NCBI GenBank assembly: GCA_964482405.1
Contig: CAYZXH010000003.1
Location: forward strand, 1-59,799
Length of the DNA stretch: 59,799 bases
Direction of reading: 5' to 3'
Source: an uncultured Desulfurococcaceae archaeon
GTDB taxonomy: Archaea > Thermoproteota > Thermoprotei_A > Sulfolobales > NBVN01
Shown here piece by piece: positions 10,476 to 20,877 of this stretch. Under the pieces are notes generated by a model. That model saw only the letters and a list, made by a program, of their open reading frames with translations, had not been told where the DNA came from and made no database searches. Both the position numbers and the translations under genes were made by a program. Each line of letters opens with the position of its first letter. Within the stretch, counting starts at the first letter, position 1.

Positions 10476-10851
10476 AGGGATTATCTTGAGGTTTTTATGT
10501 GTAGAAGAAAACGCGGACAATACTTTGAAGATTTCTTTTACGGAAGAATGCTTTAGAGAAGCTGTTAAGTCTCTACTCATGATCATACCCCTAGGTAAGG
10601 TCACTAGCTATTCAATGATAGCTAAGATCTTAGGAGCTTATCCCAGGAGTGTTGCTAGGGTCCTGAAAAGCAATAAGGAACCCATAATAATCCCTTGCCA
10701 TAGGGTAGTTCACGAGAGCGGGAAACTCGGTAGCTACACATTCAAGGGTAAACCACAACCGGACCTGAAGAAAAAACTCTTGATTTTAGAAGGCGTTGGG
10801 ATAGCTGACGATAAAGTGCTTAGGGAGTCTTTCATGAAGGACTTGCCGTGA
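10462..10851 (+). CDS. ogt: O6-methylguanine-DNA methyltransferase (start uncertain, possibly TTG 10525)
   Basis: IPLGKVTSY, IIIPCHRVV active site, LLILEG. Confidence 0.9.
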   Translation: MRVSKGIILRFLCVEENADNTLKISFTEECFREAVKSLLMIIPLGKVTSYSMIAKILGAYPRSVARVLKSNKEPIIIPCHRVVHESGKLGSYTFKGKPQPDLKKKLLILEGVGIADDKVLRESFMKDLP

Positions 10852-10897
10852 CGGAACCAGTTAGTTTGACAGTCTCAGGAAACGATCTCTAACGTGT

Positions 10898-11230
10898 TTA
10901 GAACGGGGTCTCAACCCCCCTACTATTTAAAACCGATGATATGGTCCACTTTAAAGCCTCATAATCTTTCTTCTCATTACCGAAGATGCCGTCTTGCCTA
11001 ACGACCTCCACACCCTTGAAAAAGAGGGATATAGTTACCGTATCGTTTTTCAGCTCCTCAGATAAGAACATGACCGTCGTCACTAAGCCTCTAGATTTCT
11101 CCTCTATCCTTCTCAGAGTCTTTTGTAAGACTCGAGCTTCGGGAACTCCTGTTCTAGAAATCACTACTAAGACCACGTCACGCCCGTAAACTACCTCCAT
11201 CAACTCCCTCAGATCGCTTACTACCCTCAT
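10898..11230 (-). CDS. Hypothetical protein, possibly thioredoxin-like fold without CXXC
   Basis: Coupled to upstream ORF; pattern resemblance only. Confidence 0.55.
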   Translation of the reverse strand: MRVVSDLRELMEVVYGRDVVLVVISRTGVPEARVLQKTLRRIEEKSRGLVTTVMFLSEELKNDTVTISLFFKGVEVVRQDGIFGNEKKDYEALKWTISSVLNSRGVETPF

Positions 11231-12077
11231 TACCTACAGTCCTGCACCTACTGTTGTAAGCTTCCCTAATTATTTTCTTCTCTTCGGGAGTTAAATACAC
11301 TTCTATATCTACTGGGGTCTTAAGCTCCGTTGGCTTTCTAATCCCCATACTATTTAGCAAGACTAAATCGTAGTTGAGTAATTCTCTTAACTCGCTACAG
11401 GGTAGCTCGCTAGCAAGTCTCTTAAGACCTTCCCCAAAGTTTACGTGTTTTCTGAGCTGTGACTCACTCACGGAAGCCCCACACACCAAGCACGTGAGGT
11501 CCGGCATTAACGAGTTGAAGCCGCATCTAGGGCACGTGATCGGGGGGATCTTATACCTCCTGTTAACCCATGCGTTAAACCACTTTATCCTGAGTACTTC
11601 TATGAGGTCTGTTCGCTTCTCCCGCACTACCTGCTCGTAGATCCTAGGAGCTACTAAGAGGACAGAGTCCTTAACGCTCGCTACTATGAAGTCGAGGAGG
11701 TTTGGCGTTAAAGACTCGAACGTCTGGACTATCCTATTAGCTATCAACTCGTTTATGGTTTCTTTATGCCTGTTATATCTCTTAACTACCGTCTCAACAT
11801 CCGTGCGAGTGGTTGGGGAGCCGTAGAGCTGAGTTAGTATGTCGTGAAGTAGCTCCACGTACTGAGCATCACTTAACCCAAGTATTGAGAGACCTGATAA
11901 GTTAACGAAGTCCCCTATGTTCTCGTTAATCCATTCATCAATATCTACTTCCTTACGACTTGCTTTCCTCTCTTTAACTGTTTTCTGTTCAACTTCTTTC
12001 TTAGGAGGCTTTCCCCTCCCAGCCTTAGTCTTCTTCCCAACACTTTTTCTCTTAGATTCTTTATCTTTCTTAACCAA
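11178..12077 (-). CDS. Hypothetical protein with Lys-rich N-terminus and Zn ribbon
   Basis: CPRCG-x7-TCLVCG. Confidence 0.7.
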   Translation of the reverse strand: MVKKDKESKRKSVGKKTKAGRGKPPKKEVEQKTVKERKASRKEVDIDEWINENIGDFVNLSGLSILGLSDAQYVELLHDILTQLYGSPTTRTDVETVVKRYNRHKETINELIANRIVQTFESLTPNLLDFIVASVKDSVLLVAPRIYEQVVREKRTDLIEVLRIKWFNAWVNRRYKIPPITCPRCGFNSLMPDLTCLVCGASVSESQLRKHVNFGEGLKRLASELPCSELRELLNYDLVLLNSMGIRKPTELKTPVDIEVYLTPEEKKIIREAYNSRCRTVGNEGSKRSEGVDGGSLRA

Positions 12078-12092
12078 TCACCTCAACCCCGC

Positions 12093-13289
12093 TTAAATAC
12101 CCTTGATAGTCGTTCTTATCTCGATTATGTCTTTATCCATTAATTTATGTGAGAGACCCACCTTCTCGCCCGGATACTTCGCTGAGGGCCCCCAAATCCT
12201 GGCGTACTTAAAGAACTTCAGAAACTCCTCACGTATTTCTTTAATAGCGTCCTCAACCGTGGAGCCCTCCTTAAGAATCAGAGGCTTAGGTGAGTGTGTG
12301 TCTGTGTTAGGTTCCTTCGTGTAAACCCTTATTAAGTTAAGCATTTTGAAGACTAGTCGAGGAACGCTCTCAAAACCTCTCATGTGTGTTGCGGAGACGG
12401 GCAAGACCTCAACACCTGGTATTAAGTTCTTTAAAGCTTCTGTCAAGGAACTCAGCTGGTTTTCCGCGATCAGGTCTACCTTATTCAACAGTATTAGTGA
12501 GGGCTTGTAAGTAACCCTCTCGAAGATAGCTCTCTCGACCTCGTCTAGAGATACCTCGCCGATGATCCTCACCTCAGAGTTGTAGAGACGGTAACTCTCA
12601 AGGAGTTTTCTTACGTCCTCAGCCGTACACCCGATTAACTTACCGTTTACCACTACCCTAACTCCCTGTTGGCTCCTCCCCCTGATTATCTGTACCTGAC
12701 CCCTAGGTCTTACCAAGTAGATGCCGGAGTCTGTTAATTCCTTCACCATGATCTCTAACTGCCTCACGGGATTGTTTGAAGCGTCTAGGACTATCAAGAG
12801 TCCATCAGCGTTCCTAGCTAGACCTAGCAACCTAGTCCCCCACCATACAGCGCCTTTCGAAACTCCCTCAACGAACGCGGGGGTATCTATCAACTGTATC
12901 TGGATATCCTCGAACATCATCATTCCAGGCACGGGCATTTTAGTGGTGAACGGTACTTGACCTACCACAGGTTTTGCGTTGGTCAACGCTCTGAGCACGG
13001 AGCTCTTCCCAGAGGACGGGAAACCTAGGATGACTACTTGCGCGGCGCCCTCCTTCTCTATGAAGAACGTGGGACCTCCACTACCCCCTCTCCTAGACCT
13101 CCTCTCTTCAAGCTCTTTCCTAAGCTCCGAGAGCTTCCTCCTAACCCAAGCAACGAGGTTCTCAGTACCTTTATGTTTGGGGATGGCTGACAAAAACTCT
13201 TCTAAAGCCTGTATTTTCTCTTCAGTAGTCTTAGCCTCTAAATACTTCACCCACTTAGCCTTAGCTTCAGCAGGTAGGTTGGTCGGCAC
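12093..13289 (-). CDS. DRG/OBG-family GTPase with TGS domain
   Basis: GFPSSGKS, PFTT, DTP, NKVD, RVYTK, TGS tail. Confidence 0.93.
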   Translation of the reverse strand: MPTNLPAEAKAKWVKYLEAKTTEEKIQALEEFLSAIPKHKGTENLVAWVRRKLSELRKELEERRSRRGGSGGPTFFIEKEGAAQVVILGFPSSGKSSVLRALTNAKPVVGQVPFTTKMPVPGMMMFEDIQIQLIDTPAFVEGVSKGAVWWGTRLLGLARNADGLLIVLDASNNPVRQLEIMVKELTDSGIYLVRPRGQVQIIRGRSQQGVRVVVNGKLIGCTAEDVRKLLESYRLYNSEVRIIGEVSLDEVERAIFERVTYKPSLILLNKVDLIAENQLSSLTEALKNLIPGVEVLPVSATHMRGFESVPRLVFKMLNLIRVYTKEPNTDTHSPKPLILKEGSTVEDAIKEIREEFLKFFKYARIWGPSAKYPGEKVGLSHKLMDKDIIEIRTTIKGI

Positions 13290-13328
13290 TCTCTCTCCTA
13301 TTAAAAATTAGGTTAGCCCTCTTTAAGT

Positions 13329-14018
13329 CTACGAATCATTGTCGAGCCCTCTCCCCAACCACCTAAGCAATCCCTGATCATTCTTGACACTCCCTAAACC
13401 TAGTTTCTTAAGCGTTGACCAGGTCTTACGTATTATGGGGGTTTCTTCAGGGACGTGCTCAGCTAGCCACTTAATAGTCCTCGGGTCTGAAGGGTACCCG
13501 CTACCGAAATCACCGTAGATAGAGTGCAGGAACCCCACATGCGTATCCCTGAGAAACTTAGCGATTATGGAAGCCGCCGCTACTACAGGGTACCTGACGT
13601 CAGCTTTGTGCTCGTAAATGAGTTTAATATTGGTTGGGATGTTCGCCACCAGGACCCTCTCGTGTTTAAGGGATGAGAGAGCGTCTACGTAAACTTCAGA
13701 TACCTTGATTCCCAGACTCAAGACAGTCTTAACCAACGAAACGACTGCCTCAACAAACAAATTATTCAAGTTATTCGCGTCTATCGTTGCCGGTCTGTAC
13801 CTCCTAACAATCACTACCTCAGCTACCTCAATGATTTTAGGGAATAAAGCAGCTCTGGCACGTGGTGTAAGACTCTTACTATCCCTAACCCCTAAGTCTT
13901 TAAGGCGCTGTGTAAGTTCCTCTCTAACCCCGACGCAAGCAACGAACATATCCCCTATTACAGGCCCTCTCCCAGCCTCATCTATCCCTAAGGACACGGA
14001 ACCCTTAGACATAAACAA
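13329..14018 (-). CDS. rnhB: Ribonuclease HII
   Basis: GIDEAGRGPVIG, DSK, AASIIAK, GSGYPSDP. Confidence 0.95.
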   Translation of the reverse strand: MFMSKGSVSLGIDEAGRGPVIGDMFVACVGVREELTQRLKDLGVRDSKSLTPRARAALFPKIIEVAEVVIVRRYRPATIDANNLNNLFVEAVVSLVKTVLSLGIKVSEVYVDALSSLKHERVLVANIPTNIKLIYEHKADVRYPVVAAASIIAKFLRDTHVGFLHSIYGDFGSGYPSDPRTIKWLAEHVPEETPIIRKTWSTLKKLGLGSVKNDQGLLRWLGRGLDNDS

Positions 14019-14021
14019 ACT

Positions 14022-15083
14022 TCAAACCCCTCCCTCCAAGACCTTAACAACAACCCCTATAAGATCCTCGAAGTCTTTCTTAATCCTTTCCAGAACGCCT
14101 CTTACGTCCTTCCCTCTAGGCTCTACCTCACTAATTAAGGCCAGCACCTCCTCAGTTGTTGAGACCTTAAATAGTGGGTATCCCCTAGCTTTAACACATT
14201 CGTTGACGTGTATTAAGCCTGGATAGTAAGTGATACCGACCGTGTTGAGGAGCGCGGCTTCCCTAGCCAGAGTTGAGCCGCCGCTAACTACCGCCCTAGC
14301 GTAAAAAGCTAAGCTGACCCCGTCGTAGGAACCCTCAATAACGATCACTTTACTCCTCAACGTCTGAGGTAATTCATCAATTAATTTTTTATGTTCGGGG
14401 TATCTGGGAAGGAAAACAATCTTTAGATCGTTGCTTAAGACGTGATATATTAATTCCCTGAGATCGAAGCTTAACTCAACACCCTTATAGTAGGTTGCGT
14501 GACGCTCGTGCGGCCTGAGAACTAAGTACTTGTAGGGTTCAAGACCTAAACCCTCCACATAGCTTAAGTCTGGCTCACTCCTAAGTAGCCAGGAAACCTC
14601 GTCAACCCCGCCGTACCTCACTAGTCTAGAACCCCAAAACATGTACTTCCTAATGTCTTCCTCAGGTATGCAGTCAGAGACTATCACTACGTCCGCTAGG
14701 GGTAGGGAAAGCCTACTGGGTACTTGAGCGTGAGGCGAGTCTGTTATAGCCACGTACTTAATCCCGACACCGAAAGCCAGCCTGGCGGCGGGTGGGTTGG
14801 GGTAAGCCACGAGTACGTCTGGCCTAAACCTCTCAACATGTACTGCTAGACCAAACATCCTGTCAGCGTCTCCCAACACCTTATCGTACGGGTTGCCTAT
14901 GACGTACCTCCCGATAACCACAGGTTCCACTCCAAACCTCCTCAGAGCCCCTACAGTGTACTCGTAGTCTCTGCAAGTGACTAAGACCTCATAACCTCTC
15001 CCACGCAACTCCCTAGATAATAAACCAAAAAGAGTTGCTTGCTTAGAAGTCAACACGTCAACCCATACCCTGAAATCCACCAC
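14022..15083 (-). CDS. DUF354 GT-B-fold protein (lipid-A-disaccharide synthase-related)
   Basis: VWVD....Q, VTCR, DSPHA, GGSTLAREAALL. Confidence 0.8.
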   Translation of the reverse strand: MVDFRVWVDVLTSKQATLFGLLSRELRGRGYEVLVTCRDYEYTVGALRRFGVEPVVIGRYVIGNPYDKVLGDADRMFGLAVHVERFRPDVLVAYPNPPAARLAFGVGIKYVAITDSPHAQVPSRLSLPLADVVIVSDCIPEEDIRKYMFWGSRLVRYGGVDEVSWLLRSEPDLSYVEGLGLEPYKYLVLRPHERHATYYKGVELSFDLRELIYHVLSNDLKIVFLPRYPEHKKLIDELPQTLRSKVIVIEGSYDGVSLAFYARAVVSGGSTLAREAALLNTVGITYYPGLIHVNECVKARGYPLFKVSTTEEVLALISEVEPRGKDVRGVLERIKKDFEDLIGVVVKVLEGGV

Positions 15084-15108
15084 CCCAACAAATATCGGGG
15101 ACTGAAAA

Positions 15109-15137
15109 TTAATTAATTGAGGTAGTCAATTAATTAA
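15109..15137. promoter_or_regulatory. Perfect 12-5-12 inverted repeat in divergent promoter region
   Basis: TTAATTAATTGA-GGTAG-TCAATTAATTAA. Confidence 0.6.
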
Positions 15138-15153
15138 CGTGGTGTAATCAAGA

Positions 15154-16515
15154 GTGAGACTCTTCGGTACTGATGGTGTTAGAGGGGTTGTTAATGAAGA
15201 CCTAAAACCGGAATTCGTTGTCAGACTCGCACTAGCCATAGCGTCATACTTCGGTAGCGGATCCTCCATATTGGTTGGGAGGGACGCGAGAGCTGGTAGT
15301 GAGTTAATTCAGGATATCGTAATGGGTGTTTTAGCGTCCTCAGGACTAAGGGTTTACGACGCCGGCCTCACACCGACTCCTGCGCTACAGTACAACGTCA
15401 AGGAGAGAGGTTTTGACGGGGGTGTGATGGTGACTGCGTCGCATAACCCGCCGCAGTACAGTGGTGTAAAGGTAGTGTTGTCTGACGGCATCGAAGCCCC
15501 TAGAGAGGTTGAGGAGGAGATTGAAAAGATATTCCTTGAGGAGAGCTTTAGGAGGGTTTCTTGGAGGGAGTTAAGGCACAGGAAGACCTTAATTGATGAC
15601 GTTAATGAGTTCTACGTTGACGGGATAATTAAGCTCGTTGATACTAGTAAGCTGAAGAAAGTCTTCAGAGTAGTTGTTGATCCCGCGAATAACGTGGGCG
15701 CGCTCACAACCCCAAAACTGCTTAGAGCGCTCGGCGTGCGCGTGTTGACCGTTAACGGCGACCTAACCCACCAGCCTTACAGAGAGCCTGAACCTACTCA
15801 GGAAAACCTAGAATACTTAAGTAGCATAGTACGCGACGTGAAAGCGGATTTCGCCGTAGCACATGACGGGGACGCTGACAGAGCTATCTTCATAGACGAT
15901 CTAGGTCGTTATATGCCGGGCGATAGATCCGCCACTCTCTTATGTAAGCACATAATAACCAACAGGAGAGATAATTTGCCGCGCCGTGTAGTTACGGCCG
16001 TCTCGTCATCAACCATAGTAGAGGACCTGCTTCGTGAATACGGTGTGGAGGTCGTGTGGGTTAGGGTGGGCAGCATAGTGATTGCTAGGACTATGAAGAG
16101 TTTAGGGGCTATGGCGGGTTTTGAGGAAAACGGGGGTTTCATGTACGCACCGCACCAGATGGTACGGGACGGCGCAATGACTACCGCGTTGATGCTGGAG
16201 TTGCTAGGTAGTGAAGGCGTTTCCCTTAGCGAGTTATATGATAAGCTACCTAAGAGGTATTTAATCAAGACTAAGGTGCCTTTGAAGGACAAGAGCTTGG
16301 TTAGCGACGTAATAGACAAGATCTTACTTAGTTATGGTGGATATAGGAACATAACCATAGATGGCGTGAAGGTAATAGGACCTGATTTCTGGTTCTTGGT
16401 AAGGCCTTCCGGAACAGAACCTTTAATAAGGATTTTCGTGGAAGCAGTTAGTGAGGACAGAGCTAACGAAATTCTTAAAGACTTGCTGAGAATTACTAGT
16501 GAGGTATTGAAATGA
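15154..16515 (+). CDS. glmM: Phosphoglucosamine/phosphomannomutase
   Basis: FGTDGVRG, TASHNP, DGDADR, RPSGTEP. Confidence 0.92.
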   Translation: MRLFGTDGVRGVVNEDLKPEFVVRLALAIASYFGSGSSILVGRDARAGSELIQDIVMGVLASSGLRVYDAGLTPTPALQYNVKERGFDGGVMVTASHNPPQYSGVKVVLSDGIEAPREVEEEIEKIFLEESFRRVSWRELRHRKTLIDDVNEFYVDGIIKLVDTSKLKKVFRVVVDPANNVGALTTPKLLRALGVRVLTVNGDLTHQPYREPEPTQENLEYLSSIVRDVKADFAVAHDGDADRAIFIDDLGRYMPGDRSATLLCKHIITNRRDNLPRRVVTAVSSSTIVEDLLREYGVEVVWVRVGSIVIARTMKSLGAMAGFEENGGFMYAPHQMVRDGAMTTALMLELLGSEGVSLSELYDKLPKRYLIKTKVPLKDKSLVSDVIDKILLSYGGYRNITIDGVKVIGPDFWFLVRPSGTEPLIRIFVEAVSEDRANEILKDLLRITSEVLK

Positions 16516-16895
16516 GGTACCCGTTACTAAACCTGCTCGCATGCCCGATGTGCAAGAATTTCCCCTTAAGATTATACGTGATAGAGAAGAAGGTGTCGGA
16601 GAGGGATTACGCGGTTACCAAACCATTCTGTGACTACTATTGCGGTAGGTACGAGAAATCAGTTAGCTCCCTAGATGTTAATAAACTAGAGTGTGAGTTA
16701 TGCGTTAAGGAAGACGTCTTGAGCGGGGTTCTATTATGCGAGAGATGCGGTCGGTGGTACCCAATAATAAACGGGATCCCCTTCATGTACCCAGATAGTA
16801 GGAGACTACACCCAAAGGTCAAGTCTAGGGAGGAAGAATTCCTTAAAAAATACAGGGATCTACTCCCTAGCGACGTTCGCGAGAAAATCAAGTAG
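16512..16895 (+). CDS. trm112: Trm112-family methyltransferase activator
   Basis: LLACPMCK...GVLLCERCGRWYPIINGIP. Confidence 0.88.
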   Translation: MRYPLLNLLACPMCKNFPLRLYVIEKKVSERDYAVTKPFCDYYCGRYEKSVSSLDVNKLECELCVKEDVLSGVLLCERCGRWYPIINGIPFMYPDSRRLHPKVKSREEEFLKKYRDLLPSDVREKIK

Positions 16896-16906
16896 TCTTA
16901 AGTATC

Positions 16907-17395
16907 TTAACGCCTAAACCTTCTCCTACCTCTCACAGGCCTTGCAGAGAATTCAGCTACCCTTTCCTCACTAAGTATCCTCTCTTTCAACTCGTCAACG
17001 GCTTTCAATAATTCGTTTAATGTGTTTTCGTCTAACTTGTTCTGCCCTAAGAATTCCTTGCCGGAACTCGTTAGCCTAAGCTTTCTCAGCGTGGGTTCTG
17101 TCTCCACTAAACCTAGATAAAGAAGTACTCGAACATCCTCACTTAATTCCTTACTACTAGGTATTTGATCGACTAACACGAAAGAATACCTGAACTTAAT
17201 GTTCTTCTCTTTAGACAACGCATACACTAGGCTATTCAAGCTTCTCTCAGATATTATTTTGAGGTGATCTATTATGGTAAGTAGCTTTAGTTTATCAGGG
17301 TCTTTCTTAACGGCTTCTATGGTTGTGGCTGGCCTAGCAATTATTCTTAACTCCTTAGACGTGGTTCCCGAGGTTTGCTGAGGTTTTTGCGGCAT
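16907..17395 (-). CDS. Hypothetical winged-helix protein with Arg-rich tail
   Basis: LLYLGLVE...LRLTSSGKEFL wHTH-like pattern. Confidence 0.6.
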   Translation of the reverse strand: MPQKPQQTSGTTSKELRIIARPATTIEAVKKDPDKLKLLTIIDHLKIISERSLNSLVYALSKEKNIKFRYSFVLVDQIPSSKELSEDVRVLLYLGLVETEPTLRKLRLTSSGKEFLGQNKLDENTLNELLKAVDELKERILSEERVAEFSARPVRGRRRFRR

Positions 17396-17475
17396 CTAGT
17401 ACATCCCTAAATGAAGTTGATCTAACGCTAATAAATCAGAAAAACTATAATTTAATAATTATTGGGGGACTGAAA

Positions 17476-18840
17476 GTGAGTGAGATTAGGGAGATTAAGA
17501 GTGTTAGGCCTGAGGTAGTCTTAAGCCTGCATAGCCATATAAGGGGTCTCGGACTCGACGCTAATATGGAGCCTAAGCCTGTTGCGGGAGGCTTAGTGGG
17601 TCAGATAGAAGCGAGGAAAGCTGCGGGAGTTGTGGTAGATCTCATAAGGCAAGGTAAGATGACTGGTAAGGGGATCTTACTCGTCGGCCCCCCAGGTACT
17701 GGGAAGACCGCTCTGGCAGTAGCTATAGCGAGGGAGTTAGGCGAGGACACACCTTTCGTAGCCATAGATGGTGCAGAGATATACTCCACAGAAGTAAAGA
17801 AAACAGAGGTTCTCATGCGCGCCGTGCGTAAAGCTATAGGCGTTAAGGTCAGAGAAGTCAGGAAAGTTTACGAGGGTGTAGTCAAGAACATAAAAATAGG
17901 TTTCGTGAAACATCCGTTTAATCCGTACGCGAGAATACCTGGGGAGGCTAGAATAACTCTCGAAACTAAGGACGACTCAATAACTATATCGGTGGGCGAG
18001 GAAATAACTAGTCAATTAGTTCAGCTCAGGATTAAGAGGGGTGACCACATATGGATAGACGCGGAGACAGGTATAGTACACAAGGTAGGGCGGGTTAAGG
18101 GGGTTGAGGAAGCTAAATATTACGACATAGACTCAACACGTATCGAGGAGGAGATGCCTTCCGGACCGGTAAAGAGGGATAAGGAAATAGTGCGTGTATT
18201 CACCTTCAACGACCTAGACCTCTATGTAGCTAGTCAGAGACTCTCTATAACCTCCCTGTTCGGTGTTGAGTTAGAGAAAGAAATAGATGAAGACACGAGG
18301 AAATCCGTTAACTCCATGGTAAGGAAGTGGCTCGAGGAAGGTAAGGGAGAGATAGTTCCCGGCGTTTTATTTATCGATGATGCACACCTCTTAGATCTCG
18401 AAGCATTCTCCTTCTTGACTAAAGTCCTCGAATCCGAGTTCTCGCCTATACTGATACTAGCTACCAATAGGGGGGTTACCAAGATTAGAGGAACCGATAT
18501 TGAGTCACCTCATGGAATACCCTTAGACCTCCTAGATAGGTTATTGATAATCCCAATGAAGCCTTACAGCAGAGAGGAAATAAAGCAGATAATATCAATT
18601 AGAGCGGAGGAAGAGGAAGTCCAGTTAAGTAAGGAGGGTCTTGAACGGTTAGCGGACATAGGAGTCAGCCATAGCCTTAGGTACGCTGTCCAGTTACTCA
18701 GGCCCGCACACATAATAGCTGAACGCAAGAAACACCAAGAGATAACGCCTGAGGACGTTGAGGAGGCAACGAGGCTCTTCATAGACACTAAACAGAGCGT
18801 GGAGTTAATAAAGCAGTATGAAGGACAATTCATTAAGTAG
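17476..18840 (+). CDS. tip49: TIP49/RuvB-like AAA+ ATPase
   Basis: HSHIRGLG, GPPGTGKT, GVLFIDDAH, ATNRG. Confidence 0.95.
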   Translation: MSEIREIKSVRPEVVLSLHSHIRGLGLDANMEPKPVAGGLVGQIEARKAAGVVVDLIRQGKMTGKGILLVGPPGTGKTALAVAIARELGEDTPFVAIDGAEIYSTEVKKTEVLMRAVRKAIGVKVREVRKVYEGVVKNIKIGFVKHPFNPYARIPGEARITLETKDDSITISVGEEITSQLVQLRIKRGDHIWIDAETGIVHKVGRVKGVEEAKYYDIDSTRIEEEMPSGPVKRDKEIVRVFTFNDLDLYVASQRLSITSLFGVELEKEIDEDTRKSVNSMVRKWLEEGKGEIVPGVLFIDDAHLLDLEAFSFLTKVLESEFSPILILATNRGVTKIRGTDIESPHGIPLDLLDRLLIIPMKPYSREEIKQIISIRAEEEEVQLSKEGLERLADIGVSHSLRYAVQLLRPAHIIAERKKHQEITPEDVEEATRLFIDTKQSVELIKQYEGQFIK

Positions 18841-19174
18841 TTACGTCCTCCTCATCTTCTAAGTAGGTTAGCAGAACAGGATTATCTATCTCGACCACCT
18901 CACCCCTACCGGATTCCTCACCCTCACTAACGAGTAGCGTGATAATCAAGTAACTACCTATCTTAGACGCCTTAACCTTCTTAACCTTCATCTTAGTGAA
19001 GGTATCTACCTCGTACCCCCCTAAATTGCTTCGTACCTCGTTAATCCCCTGCTCCCGCCTTAAGCGACCGCGGATTTTCGCGGCTACGTACTTATCGTAG
19101 CCCGTGATCGAGATCAACACTAAGAGTAAGGTAGCGGTCATTAGGAGTAGCTCCAGCATCACTCTCCCTAACAA
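18833..19174 (-). CDS. Hypothetical protein with N-terminal transmembrane helix
   Basis: Hydrophobic N-terminus; fills the gap between tip49 and trm1. Confidence 0.5.
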   Translation of the reverse strand: MLGRVMLELLLMTATLLLVLISITGYDKYVAAKIRGRLRREQGINEVRSNLGGYEVDTFTKMKVKKVKASKIGSYLIITLLVSEGEESGRGEVVEIDNPVLLTYLEDEEDVTT

Positions 19175-19273
19175 TACCTTTACTGGCTTGGTTGATTTTT
19201 AAGATATCAACCTAATTCTTTTTTAAGGAAGTGTGAGTAACTCGAATACGTGGTGGAGGCCGGTGTTTCTGGT

Positions 19274-20461
19274 ATGTCAGAAGATTATGTAGTTATCGAG
19301 GAAGGTAGGGCGAGGATCAAGGTCCCGAACCCCGCGAAGTACTTAAGACCTGATAATGTGTACGAACCTGCGTGGGCACCCGTTTTCTACAACCCAGCTC
19401 AGACCATGAATAGGGATGCTTCAGTCCTAGTACTGACTGCTCTACTCAAAACTCAGAATTTCGAGAAGCCTGTGAGAGTAGCCGACCCGTTCTCAGGGAC
19501 TGGTGTCAGAGCAGTGAGGTACGCAATCGAGGTTCCCGGCGTCAATGAGGTATACGCTAACGACTTAGACCCCAACGCCTTCAAGTTAATTCAGGAAAAC
19601 GTGCGCATGAATAATGTCCAGGATAAGGTAAGGGTCTTCAGGGGGGACGCTAACGCAATCCTTTACATGCTGAAGTCTCTGGGATACACCTTCGTTTTCG
19701 TGGATATAGATCCTTACGGGACCCCAGCACCGTACGTTGACGCCGGCATATGGTCCACCAGGAATCACGGCGTTTTAGCTGCTACTGCGACGGACACAGC
19801 ACCCTTGAGCGGGTCTAAATACTTAGCCGGGTCTAGGAGATACGACGTTAGGTTACTCCCTAATGACGTAGGTGCTGAGGTAGGACTTCGTGTTTTGCTA
19901 GGTTTCATGGCTAGGAGGGGGGCGACTCGAGACAGGGTTGTGGAACCCCTGCTCTCCTTTTACTCAGGACATTACTACAGGGTTTTCGTGAGGGTTTCTA
20001 AGGGAGCTACTAAGGCTAGCGAAGTCCTCTCTAATCAGGTAAGCTATCTTCTAATATGCGATAGATGCGGTTTCAGAACATACACGAATAAGATAGTGGG
20101 GGACGAGGTATGTTCTTTTTGTGGAGGTCCTGTGAAACTCTTAGGTCCTCTATGGAGAGGGGAGCTCGTCAACGCTTCATTCCTTAAGATCCTCCAGGAT
20201 TTACTAAGTAATGAGTTTAGTTACCTACAGTCACGTGGCAAGCTAGCTAAGCTACTAGAATTTCTAGTTAATGAAGAGACTAGCTTACCTGCCTATAACC
20301 TAATTACTCTAGCTAAGTTCTTGAAAACTAACGTGCCCTCAGTCAAGAAAGTCTTAGAATGCTTAAGGAAAGCCGGCTACAAAGCTAGTAGGACACACGT
20401 AGCACCTCAATACATTAGAACAGACTCAGACCTAGAAACCTTGCTTAGGTGCGTCACATAG
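19274..20461 (+). CDS. trm1: tRNA (guanine26-N2)-dimethyltransferase
   Basis: VFYNP...NRD, SGTGVRA, DIDPYGTP, TATD. Confidence 0.93.
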   Translation: MSEDYVVIEEGRARIKVPNPAKYLRPDNVYEPAWAPVFYNPAQTMNRDASVLVLTALLKTQNFEKPVRVADPFSGTGVRAVRYAIEVPGVNEVYANDLDPNAFKLIQENVRMNNVQDKVRVFRGDANAILYMLKSLGYTFVFVDIDPYGTPAPYVDAGIWSTRNHGVLAATATDTAPLSGSKYLAGSRRYDVRLLPNDVGAEVGLRVLLGFMARRGATRDRVVEPLLSFYSGHYYRVFVRVSKGATKASEVLSNQVSYLLICDRCGFRTYTNKIVGDEVCSFCGGPVKLLGPLWRGELVNASFLKILQDLLSNEFSYLQSRGKLAKLLEFLVNEETSLPAYNLITLAKFLKTNVPSVKKVLECLRKAGYKASRTHVAPQYIRTDSDLETLLRCVT

Positions 20462-20465
20462 CTAG

Positions 20466-20840
20466 TTAATCTGAGTTACTTTGCAGAAAGTAGGTCAGTA
20501 GGTTGCATTTGTATGGATTGAAGAAGCCTCCAGTACCACACCTGTATAACTCTCTGCACACAAAACACGGCAACTTAATGACCGGATTTAAACTAACTTT
20601 AAGAGATACCTCCTCTAGTTTCTCAGGCACGTATTTGAGCACGTACGTCTTCCTACCCTTATATAGCATTTGCTCTCTCTTTATCAAACCCTTACGAACT
20701 AAGCTGAGGACCGCTCGCGAGCCCTCCCTATTATCAACCCCTAGAATAGACCATAACTCACTCTGAATAACACCGTTCTTGCCTCGCTGCTTAACAATCT
20801 CCAATATACGTCGCTCCAGCTCCGCCCTCATCAGAGACAC
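20466..20840 (-). CDS. TFE beta subunit (Rpc34-like wHTH plus Fe-S domain)
   Basis: GVIQSELW wHTH; PCFVC-x5-C-x10-C C-terminus. Confidence 0.8.
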   Translation of the reverse strand: MSLMRAELERRILEIVKQRGKNGVIQSELWSILGVDNREGSRAVLSLVRKGLIKREQMLYKGRKTYVLKYVPEKLEEVSLKVSLNPVIKLPCFVCRELYRCGTGGFFNPYKCNLLTYFLQSNSD

Positions 20841-20877
20841 CGTTTCCTCATACCCGATAATAACATCGGTTTGGGAG

